Of a DNA stretch of 64,000 bases, positions 32,390-43,500 are shown piece by piece. The position numbers were made by a program, and so were the translations under genes. The notes beneath the pieces were generated by a model that saw only the letters and a list, made by a program, of their open reading frames with translations, searched no databases and was not told the origin of the DNA. Source of the DNA: Candidatus Marinacidobacterales bacterium (GTDB lineage Bacteria > Acidobacteriota > Vicinamibacteria > Marinacidobacterales > SMYC01); the NCBI GenBank assembly GCA_965237955.1, contig OZ250169.1, positions 2,624,001 to 2,688,000 of the forward strand, read 5' to 3'. The stretch's first letter is position 1, and the number at the start of each line of letters is the position of its first letter.

Positions 32390-35284
32390 TCACTGGACTC
32401 TTGGTCGTATCGCCGCCTTTGCCGCCTTTATCTCAACGAATGCTTTCTCCAGGCCCGGAGACTCCGCGGTCAGCTCAATCACGCCCGGCTCCTTCGCCGC
32501 CTGGATGATGACCATGGCCAGGCCGTTGAAGGCGCTGCGCTTCTCTGCCTTGTCCGCCTCGTGGCTCGAGGGGTCGCCGTTTCCTACGCCGATGATCTCC
32601 CCGGGGCCCTCTAGACTGAATCGCACCTCGTTCCCGGCGGTCGGCACCATCCGACCCTGCGCGTCGAGGATGGAAACCTTCACCAGAGAAACGTCTTCCC
32701 CGTCCGCATTGATACTCGGGCGATCGGGCTCGAGTGCGATGCCAGCCGGTTCCTCCGTCGTCTCTCTCCTGGTCTCGGCGACGACCTCTCCGTCCCGGTA
32801 GCACTTGGCCGTAAGCACTCCCGGCTCCCAATCGACCTTCCACGACAGGCTCGAGTACGGCTCCATGTCTTGGCGTCCTTGGCTCTCGCCGTTGAGAAAC
32901 AGCTCGACGCTCTCACAGTTGGTGTAACAGCGGACGTCGATTGTCCTATCGCCCCCCTCTTTGTGGGCCCAGTTCCAGTGAGGGAATATGTGAAGGACGG
33001 TCTCGCTGCTCCAGACCGACTTGTAGTAGTAATAGGCATCCTTGGGGAAACCGCAGGTGTCCATGAAGCCGAATTGTGAGTTGATCCCTGGCCAGTCGAC
33101 AGGATGCGGCTCGCCGCGATGGTCGAAGCCAAAGTTGACGAATCCGCCAGCCACGTAATCAGACTCGGCTATCCTGCGCCAGCTCCGCTCGCCCGTTCTG
33201 TAAACGCTGAGATGGGCCTTCTCTCTGTTCTCGTCATATACCCCGCGCGTCGTCAAGCCGTGACCGGTCTCCTGGGCCACGATCGAACGCTCCGGGTTTT
33301 CAGCGTGGTATTCGTCTTGATTATCCGGATTAAAACCCCTCGCATCAATTACCTCTGACAAGTTTAGGAGATCTTCAAATAAACTAATCTCATCAGGCGT
33401 GCGCGCTCCTCCCATGCTCCCCACGCCCGAGACGCCCGAGATGGTGGGTCGGGTGGGATCCAGTCGCTTGATCACGTCATACATCGCCTGTGTTTGTTTC
33501 TTTGCCACCTTAAGGCCCTGCTTCAAGGCCTCGTTTTTCAAGGACCAGAAGATGACGCTGGGGTGGTTCCTATCGCGCCTCACCAAGCTTTCCACTTCGG
33601 CAAGCACCTCCTCCGAATCACCCATGTGGCGGTTTTCGTCCATCACCAGTATCCCCAGGCGGTCGCACGCGTCCAATATCGCCTCGGTATGCTGGTTGTG
33701 CATCGTGCGGTAGCCGTTGCTGCCCATCTCCTTGAGCTTCTCTATTTTGTAAGCGTTGATCCTGTCTGGGAGCGCGACCCCCACTCCAGCGAAGTCATGG
33801 TGACTGTTGGATCCGTTGATCTTCACGTGTTTACCGTTGAGGAAGAACCCGTTCCCGTCGAAGCGGAAATACCGTACCCCCAGCGGGGTCTCGTAACGGT
33901 CGGTGACGCGCCCGCCGCTCGATACCGCAGTCTTTACCGCATACAAGTATGGGTTCTCCAGCGACCACAAGGTCGGCTCTTTGATCGTCATGTCCTGGCT
34001 GAATTCGTACTCCTGACCCGCCGCGATAGTCTGCTCCGCCTCAGAAGTCACCACCGAGTTGCCTTCCATGTCAGTAACCGTGCTCATGAGCGTGCACTCC
34101 ATCGACTCCGCGCCCTCGTTGACGACGGTCGTCTGTATGTTGACCTCTGCCAGCTCTTCCGTGATCTCCGGCGTGGTGACGAAGGTCCCCCAGTGACCGA
34201 CGTGCAGGGGGTCGAGCTTCGTCAGCCAGACGTGGCGGTAGATGCCGCCGCCCTCGTACCACCAGCCCTCGTCCCAGTCCGCGTCGGCGCGCACTGTCAC
34301 TACATTCTTCCCGCCGAAGTTCGCCGCCTCGGTGATGTCGTAATAAAAGCCCGTGTAGCCGCTCCAGTCGTGGCCGAGCCAGTGACCGTTTATCCAGACG
34401 TTGCTGTTCCTGTAGACCCCGTCGAACTCCAGCCATATCCGCTTGCCCTTGTCCGCAGCCGGGAGCTTAAAGGCACGGCGGTACCAGCCGACGCCCTTGG
34501 GCTTGTAACCATGGTCCCTGTCGTACCAGAGCTCGCCTTCCCTTATGCCCTGGGGCTTGTCCGCCCCCTTGGGGTCGAACTCGCCCCCCACCACGAAGTC
34601 GTGGGGAACGCGGACCTCTTCCCAGCCGCTGTCGTCGAAGTCGACCGACGCCGTCTTCACGGACCGCATCTTCGGGTCGTCTTGCCACAGGGCCGGCCGG
34701 TTGTACAGGACCGTGCCGTCAATGCCGCCGCGTCCCCCGGTGTTGTGCACCAGCACCGCCAGCTCGTTCCGCCCGCCATCTTCCCAGGTGTAGTTCAGAT
34801 TGATCTCGAACGGGAAGTCCCCTCCCTCATGGTAGTAGGCTAACTTCCCGTTGACGTAGACGGTCGCGTTGTCGTCCACGGATTGAAAATAGATCCGAGG
34901 CCTTCCGGTCGGCCCGGGCGGCAAGTCTCCGAGTTCGGCGCGGAACCAGGCAAGACCCTCCTTGCCCCCAAACACGTCGCTACCCGGCTCCGTCTCCCCC
35001 CAACCGGAGATATCGAGCCCGGGCGCCGCCATCGATTTCGCCTCGTCCTCGCCCTTCTCGCTCGTCTTCCAGCTCCACTTGTCGATAGTCTTTCCCCGGG
35101 GCAAGGGGGTGAATCCCTCTGCCCTCCCCCGGTAGAAACGCCAGCCTTCGTCCATGAGTAGTTTCTGTCTCGGATTCTTGTCCAGGTCATCTCCCAGCGT
35201 GCATGCGCTCGCTATTAAGGCTATGGAAATAAGACTCATGGAGAGAAATAGGTTCAAAACGACCTTTATGCTCATCTTTCTCAT
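32390..35284 (-). CDS. Glycoside hydrolase family 2 (beta-galactosidase-like), exported
   Basis: LEFDGVYRN, WWYEGGGIYR, RDRNHPSVIFWSL.NE, VRCYTNC and GVGNGDP. Confidence 0.92.
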   Translation of the reverse strand: MRKMSIKVVLNLFLSMSLISIALIASACTLGDDLDKNPRQKLLMDEGWRFYRGRAEGFTPLPRGKTIDKWSWKTSEKGEDEAKSMAAPGLDISGWGETEPGSDVFGGKEGLAWFRAELGDLPPGPTGRPRIYFQSVDDNATVYVNGKLAYYHEGGDFPFEINLNYTWEDGGRNELAVLVHNTGGRGGIDGTVLYNRPALWQDDPKMRSVKTASVDFDDSGWEEVRVPHDFVVGGEFDPKGADKPQGIREGELWYDRDHGYKPKGVGWYRRAFKLPAADKGKRIWLEFDGVYRNSNVWINGHWLGHDWSGYTGFYYDITEAANFGGKNVVTVRADADWDEGWWYEGGGIYRHVWLTKLDPLHVGHWGTFVTTPEITEELAEVNIQTTVVNEGAESMECTLMSTVTDMEGNSVVTSEAEQTIAAGQEYEFSQDMTIKEPTLWSLENPYLYAVKTAVSSGGRVTDRYETPLGVRYFRFDGNGFFLNGKHVKINGSNSHHDFAGVGVALPDRINAYKIEKLKEMGSNGYRTMHNQHTEAILDACDRLGILVMDENRHMGDSEEVLAEVESLVRRDRNHPSVIFWSLKNEALKQGLKVAKKQTQAMYDVIKRLDPTRPTISGVSGVGSMGGARTPDEISLFEDLLNLSEVIDARGFNPDNQDEYHAENPERSIVAQETGHGLTTRGVYDENREKAHLSVYRTGERSWRRIAESDYVAGGFVNFGFDHRGEPHPVDWPGINSQFGFMDTCGFPKDAYYYYKSVWSSETVLHIFPHWNWAHKEGGDRTIDVRCYTNCESVELFLNGESQGRQDMEPYSSLSWKVDWEPGVLTAKCYRDGEVVAETRRETTEEPAGIALEPDRPSINADGEDVSLVKVSILDAQGRMVPTAGNEVRFSLEGPGEIIGVGNGDPSSHEADKAEKRSAFNGLAMVIIQAAKEPGVIELTAESPGLEKAFVEIKAAKAAIRPRVQ

Positions 35285-35310
35285 TTGATAACCTCCCTTC
35301 AGATTTTCAT

Positions 35311-35531
35311 AGAACGTGGCGAAAGTTGCATATCAGTGTCGACGAGACGACGAAAGAGATCGTCGCCGCGGAGATCACGATAAGCAACGTTCACGACAGC
35401 CGAATGTTCGCCGGGTTGCTGGACCAAGTTCCTGGTGACATACGCCAGGTGTCCGGCGACGGCGCCTACGACACGCGGGCATGCTACGAATCCGCGGTCG
35501 AGCGAGGAGCCATCGTGACTATACCACCCCG
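35311..35531 (+). pseudogene. IS5 family transposase internal fragment
   Basis: RTWRKLHISVD...SGDGAYDT...IPPR. Confidence 0.8.
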
Positions 35532-35539
35532 TCCAAGGG

Positions 35540-36643
35540 GGCTTTGGTGCATGGCGACGCCGCGGGGGCAAGGTCACCTTAGCGTATGGCGTATGATTGA
35601 CAGTTCAACCAACCGGAGTTGAAAGCAATCATGCGCTATCCGAAGAGGAGCCAGCACAAGTACACGAAGAAGTCCTATCACCTGCGCAACTGGCCAGATT
35701 ATGAGGGCGCTCTGCGACGGCGAGGCGACCTGACTCTGTAGTTCTCCGAGGAAGCCCTCCGGGCCTGGCATGCGCGCGCTGGATCGAAGCCAGGCGGCCA
35801 GCGAATCTATTCCGACCTCGCCATCGAGACCGCCTTGACAGTGCGCTCGGTTTACCATCTTGCTCTGCGTCAGACGGAGGGTTTCCTCGAGTCTTTATCG
35901 GTGCGGCTCGGATTGAATCTACGAATACCCGATCACACCACGCTGTCGCGCCGAGCGAAGTGTCTCAACGTGAACGTGTTTCATCAGCCGACCGCTCAAC
36001 CTCTTCATATCTTGGTGGATAGCACCGGTTTGAAGGTGTACGTTGACAGCGAGTGGAGAAAGCACAGTAGCCGCCGGCTGTGGCGAAAACTTCATTTGGT
36101 GGTGGATTCGCAGACGGGTGACATTTTGACGTCGGAGCTCACCACGAACAAAGTGGGTGATGCTTCCCAGGTACCCATTCTGCTCGCGCAGATCGACGAG
36201 GCCATTAGCTCGATGTCTGGGAATGGCGCCTATGATACCCAATTGGTCTACGACACGCTAGAGAATCATCAAGCCAGTGAACCGGTCACGGTCCTTATTC
36301 CGCCAAGGCGGCGCGCCCGGCGTAGCGGTTCTGGCGCGATCGCGTCTGCAGATCGAGACCGACAAATCCAATTCATAGAGGAGCACGGGCGGCGACGCTG
36401 GCAGAAGGAGTCTGGGTTCAACCGACGTAACTTGGTGGAGACGGCGATGTATATCGATACAAGACGATCGCCGGTGGGCGCCTACGTGCTCGGAGTCTAC
36501 CGAGTCAATGCACCGAGACGAAAGTGGCCTGCTCGATACTCAACCGGATGACGGGGCTGGAAATGCCGGACAGCTATCGAGCCGCCTGAAACGTCAAATT
36601 GGGGACAGTCCTGCGTTCGGGGGTCGAGCCATGCAACAAAGCC
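35540..36643 (+). mobile_element. IS5 family (IS903-like) element, inactivated
   Basis: TIRs GGCTTTG(G/T)TGCATGG. Transposase from 35631 has a TAG where Trp is expected (GDLTL*F) and a frameshift near 36450; PDHTTLSRR, DSTGLK and WRKLH. Confidence 0.9.
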
Positions 36644-36935
36644 GGGGAAGACACAGGTGTGCCTGTGCGTTGCCTTAAGAAATGGCACCGAGGAGATGAA
36701 GGGGGAGGGCGAAGCTAAGGCTGAGGAGAAGCGCGAGAGTGGGTCTTGGAGTTTGCAGAGCCTGGAGCAGGTATCGGATCTCGAGAGCGCTGAGAAGGTC
36801 GTCGTTTGCGCGTTGTTTCGATTCGTAGAAAAGCGTTTTGGAGCCCGGAGTCCAATGGCAAAACGACCGCAACGTGGTAGACTTAACCTTAGTTATATAA
36901 GTGGTTTGTGGCTGATCCCCGGACTCCCCAGATGA

Positions 36936-36980
36936 GCCTCCGGACCGTGAGGTCACAGGTTCAAATCCTGTCGGGCGCGC
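36936..36980 (+). other. 3' half of tRNA-Arg(CCG), probable att-site duplication
   Basis: CTCCGGA anticodon loop, GGTTCAAATCC T arm and GTCGGGCGCGC acceptor strand; no 5' half or D arm. Confidence 0.75.
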
Positions 36981-37040
36981 TTTTTGCAAACTGATGCGAG
37001 ATATGTGCCAGGCATTTGAAGGATAGTTCCTCTGTTCCTT

Positions 37041-39809
37041 TTGCGGAGAAAAAGCGTGAAACGAACAACGCGGCGCGAATTCATGAAACAGGCAGCGATC
37101 GGAGGCTACGCGGCCGGGAGTCTGCCTTTGAATGGCTCGACATGGGTGGCGGGGGGCGCGATCGCCTCGGCGATGCCGCCTGATTATGATTTAAACACAG
37201 ACGCAGTTCTACAGCGCCTCAGTGAAGGCTCCGGCGGCAAAACGCCGACCGTAAAGAATTTCGATCGAGACTGGGTGGAATCACTCTTTAAGCGCGGGCA
37301 GCCAGCCGTCTATGGCGAGGAAGGTTTCGATTATATCGGAATGCCAATCGGCGGCTTGACCGCTGGACAATTATACCTGGGAGGCGACGGCAAGCTGTGG
37401 CATTGGGACATCTTCAATACAGGCCGCTATACGGAGGTGGTAGATGCCTATCGTTTCCCGACCCGGCAGAATTCACCGATTGAACAGGGATTTGCCGTTC
37501 GCATTGCAGCTGATGATAAACAGCAGGTGCGCACGCTCGATCGCCATGGATTCTCGAGTATCAAATTCAAAGGCCAGTATCCCATCGGATATGTCTCGTA
37601 TGCCGATCCCGGCTCACCAGTTACGGTGGATCTGGAAGCGTTTTCCCCCTTTATCCCGCTGGATTTCGAAGATTCCAGTTTTCCGGCGACCGTCATGAAA
37701 TACACCGTCAAAAACGCAAGTGACAAAGCCGTAACAGCGGATATTGCAGGCTGGCTGGAGAACGCCGTCTGTACATCGAACATTCGGCGTATTGCTTCCG
37801 CCGAGCGAATAAATGAAATCGAGTCTCGCCCTGAAGCGACGTATCTCAAATCGAGTGTGAGGGCGTTGGATATAGCGAGCTTGGAAAGAATTCATGCAAC
37901 TCCAGAGCACCTTGCGGATCAGCGTGATTACGGTACGATGGCGCTCACGCTTGTAGGATCCTCCGATCCGGCAATTAACGATACCGATGTTGCTCTACCG
38001 GCTGGCATCTTCGACGCCGGCTCATCGAGCCAGAATCCTGTGGCAAAATCGCTGGCCGAGCAATTGATTGGTTCGCTGGGCCGCCGACTGACGTTGGAGC
38101 CGGGTCAATCGACCGACGTGACGTTTGTTATCAGCTGGTTCTTTCCAAAATCTCGCGTTGAGCGGTATATCGACACTGACGCGACCCGCTGGTACGCGAA
38201 ACGCTTCAATTCCGCGTGGGACGCGGCGGCGGTGTTGGTGAAGAATCTTGATGCACTCAATGAGCAGACCCAACTATGGAAGGACACCTGGTACGATTCA
38301 ACGCTGCCGTACTGGTTTCTCGACCGCACCTTCCTGAACACAAGTATCCTTGCCTCCGAAACCTGTTTTCGCTTCACGGACGGCCGCTTTTACGGCGATG
38401 AAGGCATTTACTGCTGCCCCGGCACGTGCACGCACGTATGGGGTTACGTGCAGGCGACGGGGCGCCTATTCCCGGAATTGGAGAAATCACTGCGCGAAAT
38501 GGTCGACTTCAAAAAGAATGTGGCGTTCTTTCCCGAGACCGGTGCGATCAGTTTTCGCGGCGAGTTCGATGAGTGGTTCCCGCTGCCGACGACGGCTGTG
38601 GACGGCCAGGCCGGCATTATCCTTCGCACCTACCGCGAACACCAGATGTCAGCGGACGATGCCTTTCTGCGGCGAAACTACAAAAACGTTAAACGAGCGA
38701 TGGACTTTTTGATCAGTAAGCATGATCCCAATTTCGATGGAATCCTGGAAGGCGCGCAGCACAACACTCTGGACGCCGACTGGTACGGAAAGATTACGTG
38801 GCTCAGCCTTTATTACTGTGCGGCGTTGCGGGCCGCGGAGCAAATGGCACTGGAAATGGGCGATACCACGTACGCTAATCATGTTCGCGAGATTGCCGAA
38901 CGCGGTGGGCACAATATTGCCGAAGAGCTGTTCAACGGCGAATACTTCATCCAGAAACCTGATCCAGACCATCCCGATTCGCCCGGCTCGTTCCATGGCT
39001 GCGAGTACAGCCAGCTGCTGGGCCAGGGCTGGGCCCACCAGGTTGGATTAGGGCGCATCATTGACAATGCCAAGGTCAAGAGCGCCTTGCGTTCATTGTG
39101 GCGCTACAATTTCTCCACCGACGTAGGGCCCTTCCGCGAGCAGAATCCCAAAGGTCGCTGGTACGCCATGCCGGGCGAAGGCGGCCTTATCGCCTGCACC
39201 TTTCCAATAGGAGGTTCTGAAGTGCTCGAGCATGGAAATCGGCATTTCGCCGGCTACATGAATGAGTGTCAGAACGGTTATGAATACGGCGCTACCTCGC
39301 TGATGATGTGGGAAGGAATGGTGGACTACGCTTTGGCACACACGCGAACCCTGCATGACCGCTACCATGCCTCGCGCCGCAATCCGTGGAACGAGATCGA
39401 ATGCGGCGAACACTATGCTCGATCCATGGCCAGCTACGGCCTCTTCACGGCCATCTGCGGCTTTGAATATCACGGTCCCAAGGGATACATCGCGTTTTCG
39501 CCCCGTCTCAGGCCGGAAGACTTCCGCGCAGCGTTCACTTCTGCCAAAGGCTGGGGATCGTTTTCGCAGAAGCGATCGGATAAATTGCAGACGGAGACAA
39601 TCGAGGTTAAGTGGGGCCAACTGCGATCAAAAAGCCTGGCCTTCGATCTGCCCAAAGGATCGCGCGCGGAAAAAGTTTCCGTAACAGCGGCGGATCAGAA
39701 GTTCGCCGCAACCTGGAGCATGCAAGACAGCCGCGTTATGATCGAGCTGGATCGTGAAATAGATTTGGGCACCGGCGATGCTTTAGCGATCGAGATCGCG
39801 CTTGATTAA
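37041..39809 (+). CDS. GH116-like glycoside hydrolase with Tat signal
   Basis: TRREFMK, GMPIGG..G, AFSPFIP, CCPGTCTHVW, HNTLD and NPWNEIECG.HYARSM. Confidence 0.88.
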   Translation: MRRKSVKRTTRREFMKQAAIGGYAAGSLPLNGSTWVAGGAIASAMPPDYDLNTDAVLQRLSEGSGGKTPTVKNFDRDWVESLFKRGQPAVYGEEGFDYIGMPIGGLTAGQLYLGGDGKLWHWDIFNTGRYTEVVDAYRFPTRQNSPIEQGFAVRIAADDKQQVRTLDRHGFSSIKFKGQYPIGYVSYADPGSPVTVDLEAFSPFIPLDFEDSSFPATVMKYTVKNASDKAVTADIAGWLENAVCTSNIRRIASAERINEIESRPEATYLKSSVRALDIASLERIHATPEHLADQRDYGTMALTLVGSSDPAINDTDVALPAGIFDAGSSSQNPVAKSLAEQLIGSLGRRLTLEPGQSTDVTFVISWFFPKSRVERYIDTDATRWYAKRFNSAWDAAAVLVKNLDALNEQTQLWKDTWYDSTLPYWFLDRTFLNTSILASETCFRFTDGRFYGDEGIYCCPGTCTHVWGYVQATGRLFPELEKSLREMVDFKKNVAFFPETGAISFRGEFDEWFPLPTTAVDGQAGIILRTYREHQMSADDAFLRRNYKNVKRAMDFLISKHDPNFDGILEGAQHNTLDADWYGKITWLSLYYCAALRAAEQMALEMGDTTYANHVREIAERGGHNIAEELFNGEYFIQKPDPDHPDSPGSFHGCEYSQLLGQGWAHQVGLGRIIDNAKVKSALRSLWRYNFSTDVGPFREQNPKGRWYAMPGEGGLIACTFPIGGSEVLEHGNRHFAGYMNECQNGYEYGATSLMMWEGMVDYALAHTRTLHDRYHASRRNPWNEIECGEHYARSMASYGLFTAICGFEYHGPKGYIAFSPRLRPEDFRAAFTSAKGWGSFSQKRSDKLQTETIEVKWGQLRSKSLAFDLPKGSRAEKVSVTAADQKFAATWSMQDSRVMIELDREIDLGTGDALAIEIALD

Positions 39810-39880
39810 AGGTTGTTTCAATTCTACCTCAGCGGTCGGCTCCCGACGCAGGCGCGGACAAACGTCGCCGCGTTATCTTC

Positions 39881-40040
39881 GTGACGGATCTCGGCGTCTA
39901 CGATCACGATAGCCCCGGCTTCGCGTCAGCTCACAACGTCGGGATTTTTCGTTCCAGCGACTCCCTGTTGATGACCTCAACTTCGCTGGGACAAGGCCTG
40001 AGCGGGACCTTCCTGCCCGGCACCGTCGGCGGAACACGCG
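39881..40040 (+). pseudogene. Fragment resembling an extracellular beta-sandwich (DUF4082/PEP-CTERM-type) protein
   Basis: VTDLGVYDHDSPGFASAHNVGIF; no signal peptide and no convincing start or end. Confidence 0.35.
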
Positions 40041-40106
40041 TCAACCCGGTGGCTGCGACGCACCTCTTGATGGGTACCGAGGGTACTGTCAAATTGAGGT
40101 GAGGAA

Positions 40107-40156
40107 CCACAATATTGTGTGGTCAGGTTAGGTGTAGCAACGACTACATCTTGTGG
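40107..40156. promoter_or_regulatory. Tandem NrdR-box-like sites
   Basis: CCACAATATTGTGTGG and CGACTACATCTTGTGG resemble acaCwAtATaTwGtgt; TTGACA hexamers lie on both sides. Confidence 0.45.
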
Positions 40157-40575
40157 TCCGCGCTCCCAACTTGACAGCAATGGCACCGCCCGTGTGGGCG
40201 GAGGTCATCGGGGAATGAACGAAATCCATTCGTTCACTCGAAAGTACCCTCTTACCGGGTTCCCTATGACTGGGTTCCACAACTAGAAAGGCCTGTGGAA
40301 AAAGCTGTGATCCCTCCTCCCAATTCAGAGTTCAGAATCGAACCCCAATAATAGGCCCATTGCTCAGGGCGGGGAACAATTCCCCGCCCATTTCTAAACT
40401 CACCGACCAAACCCCGCTCGCGTACGGCGTCGGGCCACGCGTCATATTCCCTTTGCCGAGACGTTTTCCCGCTAGGAAGCGAAGGATCCGCGGAATCGGT
40501 TCGCGTCGACTCGAGACCATCGGAGTCTTGAGGCCAAACGGTCGGAACTCGGAACTCCATCATTGCGCGAGCCTG

Positions 40576-43500
40576 TCAGCGTTGCACTTGCAGGAAAGCC
40601 ACGACGTCTACGAGTTCTTGGGGTGTCATACCGGAGACCAATCCATTAGGCATCAGCGAACTCCGACTGGGATAGCGATCTACGATCTCGCTCTTGTTCA
40701 CCGCAAAGACACGACCATCGGAGTCGATCAACTCCAAAGACGAATCCGAATCGTCCTTAATGAAACCGATCAGATACCCCTGTCTTTGTGTCCTCAGGAC
40801 CCAGGCCCGGTATTCATGACCGATGGCCGCACTAGGATAAAGGATCGAGTCCAGCATCTCCTGCTTGCCATACTTTTGCCCTATGCGGGACAGATCGGGC
40901 CCGATATCCCGACCCTCTCCCTGAACGCGATGACAATTCGAGCACTGAGCGACATCGGAGCGATAGAACAAAGCTCGTCCTCGCTCTGGATCCCCGACCA
41001 TGGCCAGGAGCGTCTCTGCCGGCGGTAGAGGGCTACCCTCTCGGGTCGTATCCTGAGGGAAGTTCTCGGCCGCCAAAAGCCGTACATCTTCGTGCGCACT
41101 CCTGTGGAGACGCTGTGCCACCAGCGCTTCCAGGTCGGCCGGGAGGTCGCCCGACTCGACCATATTGAGCAACATCAGAGAACCCGATTTTGAACGCGAA
41201 AGCAGCTCCACCGTTTCTTGTCTGAGTCCGGGGTCTCGCTCTAAATCCGCAACGATCATACGCAGCAGCTCGGAAGCCTGATCGTATCCGTAGGCATTGA
41301 GAATCCGCACTGCGCTTTCCTGAATCTCGCTGTCGGGGTCATTCAAAAGAGCGACCACCTTCTCTACCTGGGGTTCCTGCAGCAGGCCTTGATGATGATT
41401 AATGGTATCGGCGGCGTGCCGGGCAGCTTGTCGTCTTTCCTCTTCCGGGAGGGACAGGTCGGTGGCGATCTGAAGAAACCTTGGCAAGAAATGGATGCGA
41501 CCGGTCCCGGTGATGAATCGCAACGCCGCTTGCTGAAGAGTTGGATTCTCCAGGCTCTGGGTCAGAAACTCTTCGATATCCGTACCCTCCAGGGTGGCTG
41601 CCCAGACCCGACCACCGTCTCGGCCCAGCAGGTCTAATACCAACTCTTGTTGCTGAGGCCTGCCGGAGTGCAACTGCTTCATCAGGTGAGTTCCTGCAGA
41701 AACGCTTTGGATGGCATCCAGTGTCCTGACGGCCAATTCGCGCAGTTCACGAGTGCGGGATTGCAGGCCTTTGACTGCCAGCGCTTCCGCCTCAGGCGTG
41801 TGGAGTTGGAAGGCCAGGCTCGCCACCTGAGCGTTCCAGCGCGCACCGATCCGGTCGAGGAGAGCCCGGAAAGCCCACTTTTCACGACCCTTGAAGCCGA
41901 TTCCAAGCGCTTCACGATAATAACGATCCTGGCCATCGAATTGGGCAGCCAGATCTAGTCCCATGGAACAGAAAAAGCTAGACAACACCGGCCCTTCTGT
42001 GATCTGCTAAATGCATGAAACACAAGGGCCGGCGAAAAGCCGAATTGAAGCTGTCGTCTCAAGAAAGCGAAGCGCTGACGCGACTGGCGCGACGCAGCCG
42101 TAGTTCGCCGCACCAAGCCTTCCGAGCGAAGATCGTGCTGGATTGCGCGGCGGGTCTGACGAATATGGAAGTTGCTAGGAAGATGCACACCATGAGGAGC
42201 ACGGTGGGCAAGTGGCGAAGACGCTTTGTAGAACAACGAATGGAAGGGTTGTACGACGAACCTCGGCCGGGAGCGGCTCGCAAAATCGGCGATGACCAGA
42301 TCGAGGAAGTCGTGACCAAGACGCTGGAGACGACTCCAAAGGGGAGAACCCATTGGAGTACGTGCTCGATGGCCAAGCATCTTGGGCTGAGTCATTCGAC
42401 GATTGGACGTATTTGGCGAACGTTCGGGCTTCAACCGCACCGCTCGGAATCGTTTCGTCTCTCGCAAGACCCACAACTGGTCGAAAAAGTACGCGACGTT
42501 GTTGGCCTGTATATGAACCCACCGGATAACGCGGTCGTCCTGTGCGTCGACGAGAAATCGCAGATTCAAGCGCTCGAGCGTGCTCAACCTGTCCTGCCCA
42601 TGAGCTTGGGCCAGCCCGAGCGACAAACCCACGACTACATTCGGCATGGAACGACTGACCTGTTTGCCGCACTCGACGCCGCAACAGGTGAAGTCTTCGG
42701 AAAGTGCTACGCGCGACATCGAGCGCTAGAGTTCAAGAAGTTCCTCGCTGAGATCGAAGCAGCCGTTCCCAGCGAGTTGGACATCCACGTCGTGCTCGAC
42801 AATCTCGCCACGCACAAGACACCGGCGATCAAACGCTGGCTTTCCAAGCGACCTCGCTTCCACTTTCACTTCACACCGACACACGCCTCTTGGCTCAACT
42901 TCGCTGAGCGCTTCTTTGGCTTGCTCACCGAACACGCCTTGCGACGAGGCTCGCACACGAGCGTGCCTCAGCTCCGCGTTGCGATACAAGACTATCTCGA
43001 TGCTCACAACGAGAACCCAAAGCCGTTCAAGTGGACGAAATCCGCCGACCAAATCCTCGAAACCATCGCTCGGTTCGCCCAGCGAACGCTCGATACACAT
43101 GGCAAATCGAATTTGGACAGTAATTAAAGATCCAGGGGGCTAGCAGCCACTCGTCCACCCAGGGATTCTCCGGGCTGATGCGACTCAGTTCCAGGATCAA
43201 CTGACCTCGTACCGCTGGATCTTCATCAGTACGCAACCAGTGGGCTTGGGCTGAGGGCTCCGGCGCCGAGTCTGGAGAGCACCCGTACAGCCAACGTGCG
43301 CAGATTTGGGCTGGCGGCCCGTGCCGCCTCGAGCGCCAACCGGGTTCCCAGCTCCGGCTGCCGGCTCGCGAGCCACAAAGAGCGTGCTCGAAGCCAGGCT
43401 GATCCGCTGCTGAACATCTCCTCAACCAGCGAGGTGTGGCCCGCGGCCACCGCACGACTGAGTGTTTGGTAAGCCAAAAAGCGCCGGGCAGGGTTTGCGG

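Noticed and set aside
36936-36980. Functional tRNA gene
   Set aside because: The 5' acceptor strand and D arm are absent.
40264-40563. 99-aa minus-strand ORF after the heme protein
   Set aside because: No recognisable domain, and it overlaps putative regulatory sites; cannot be supported as a gene.
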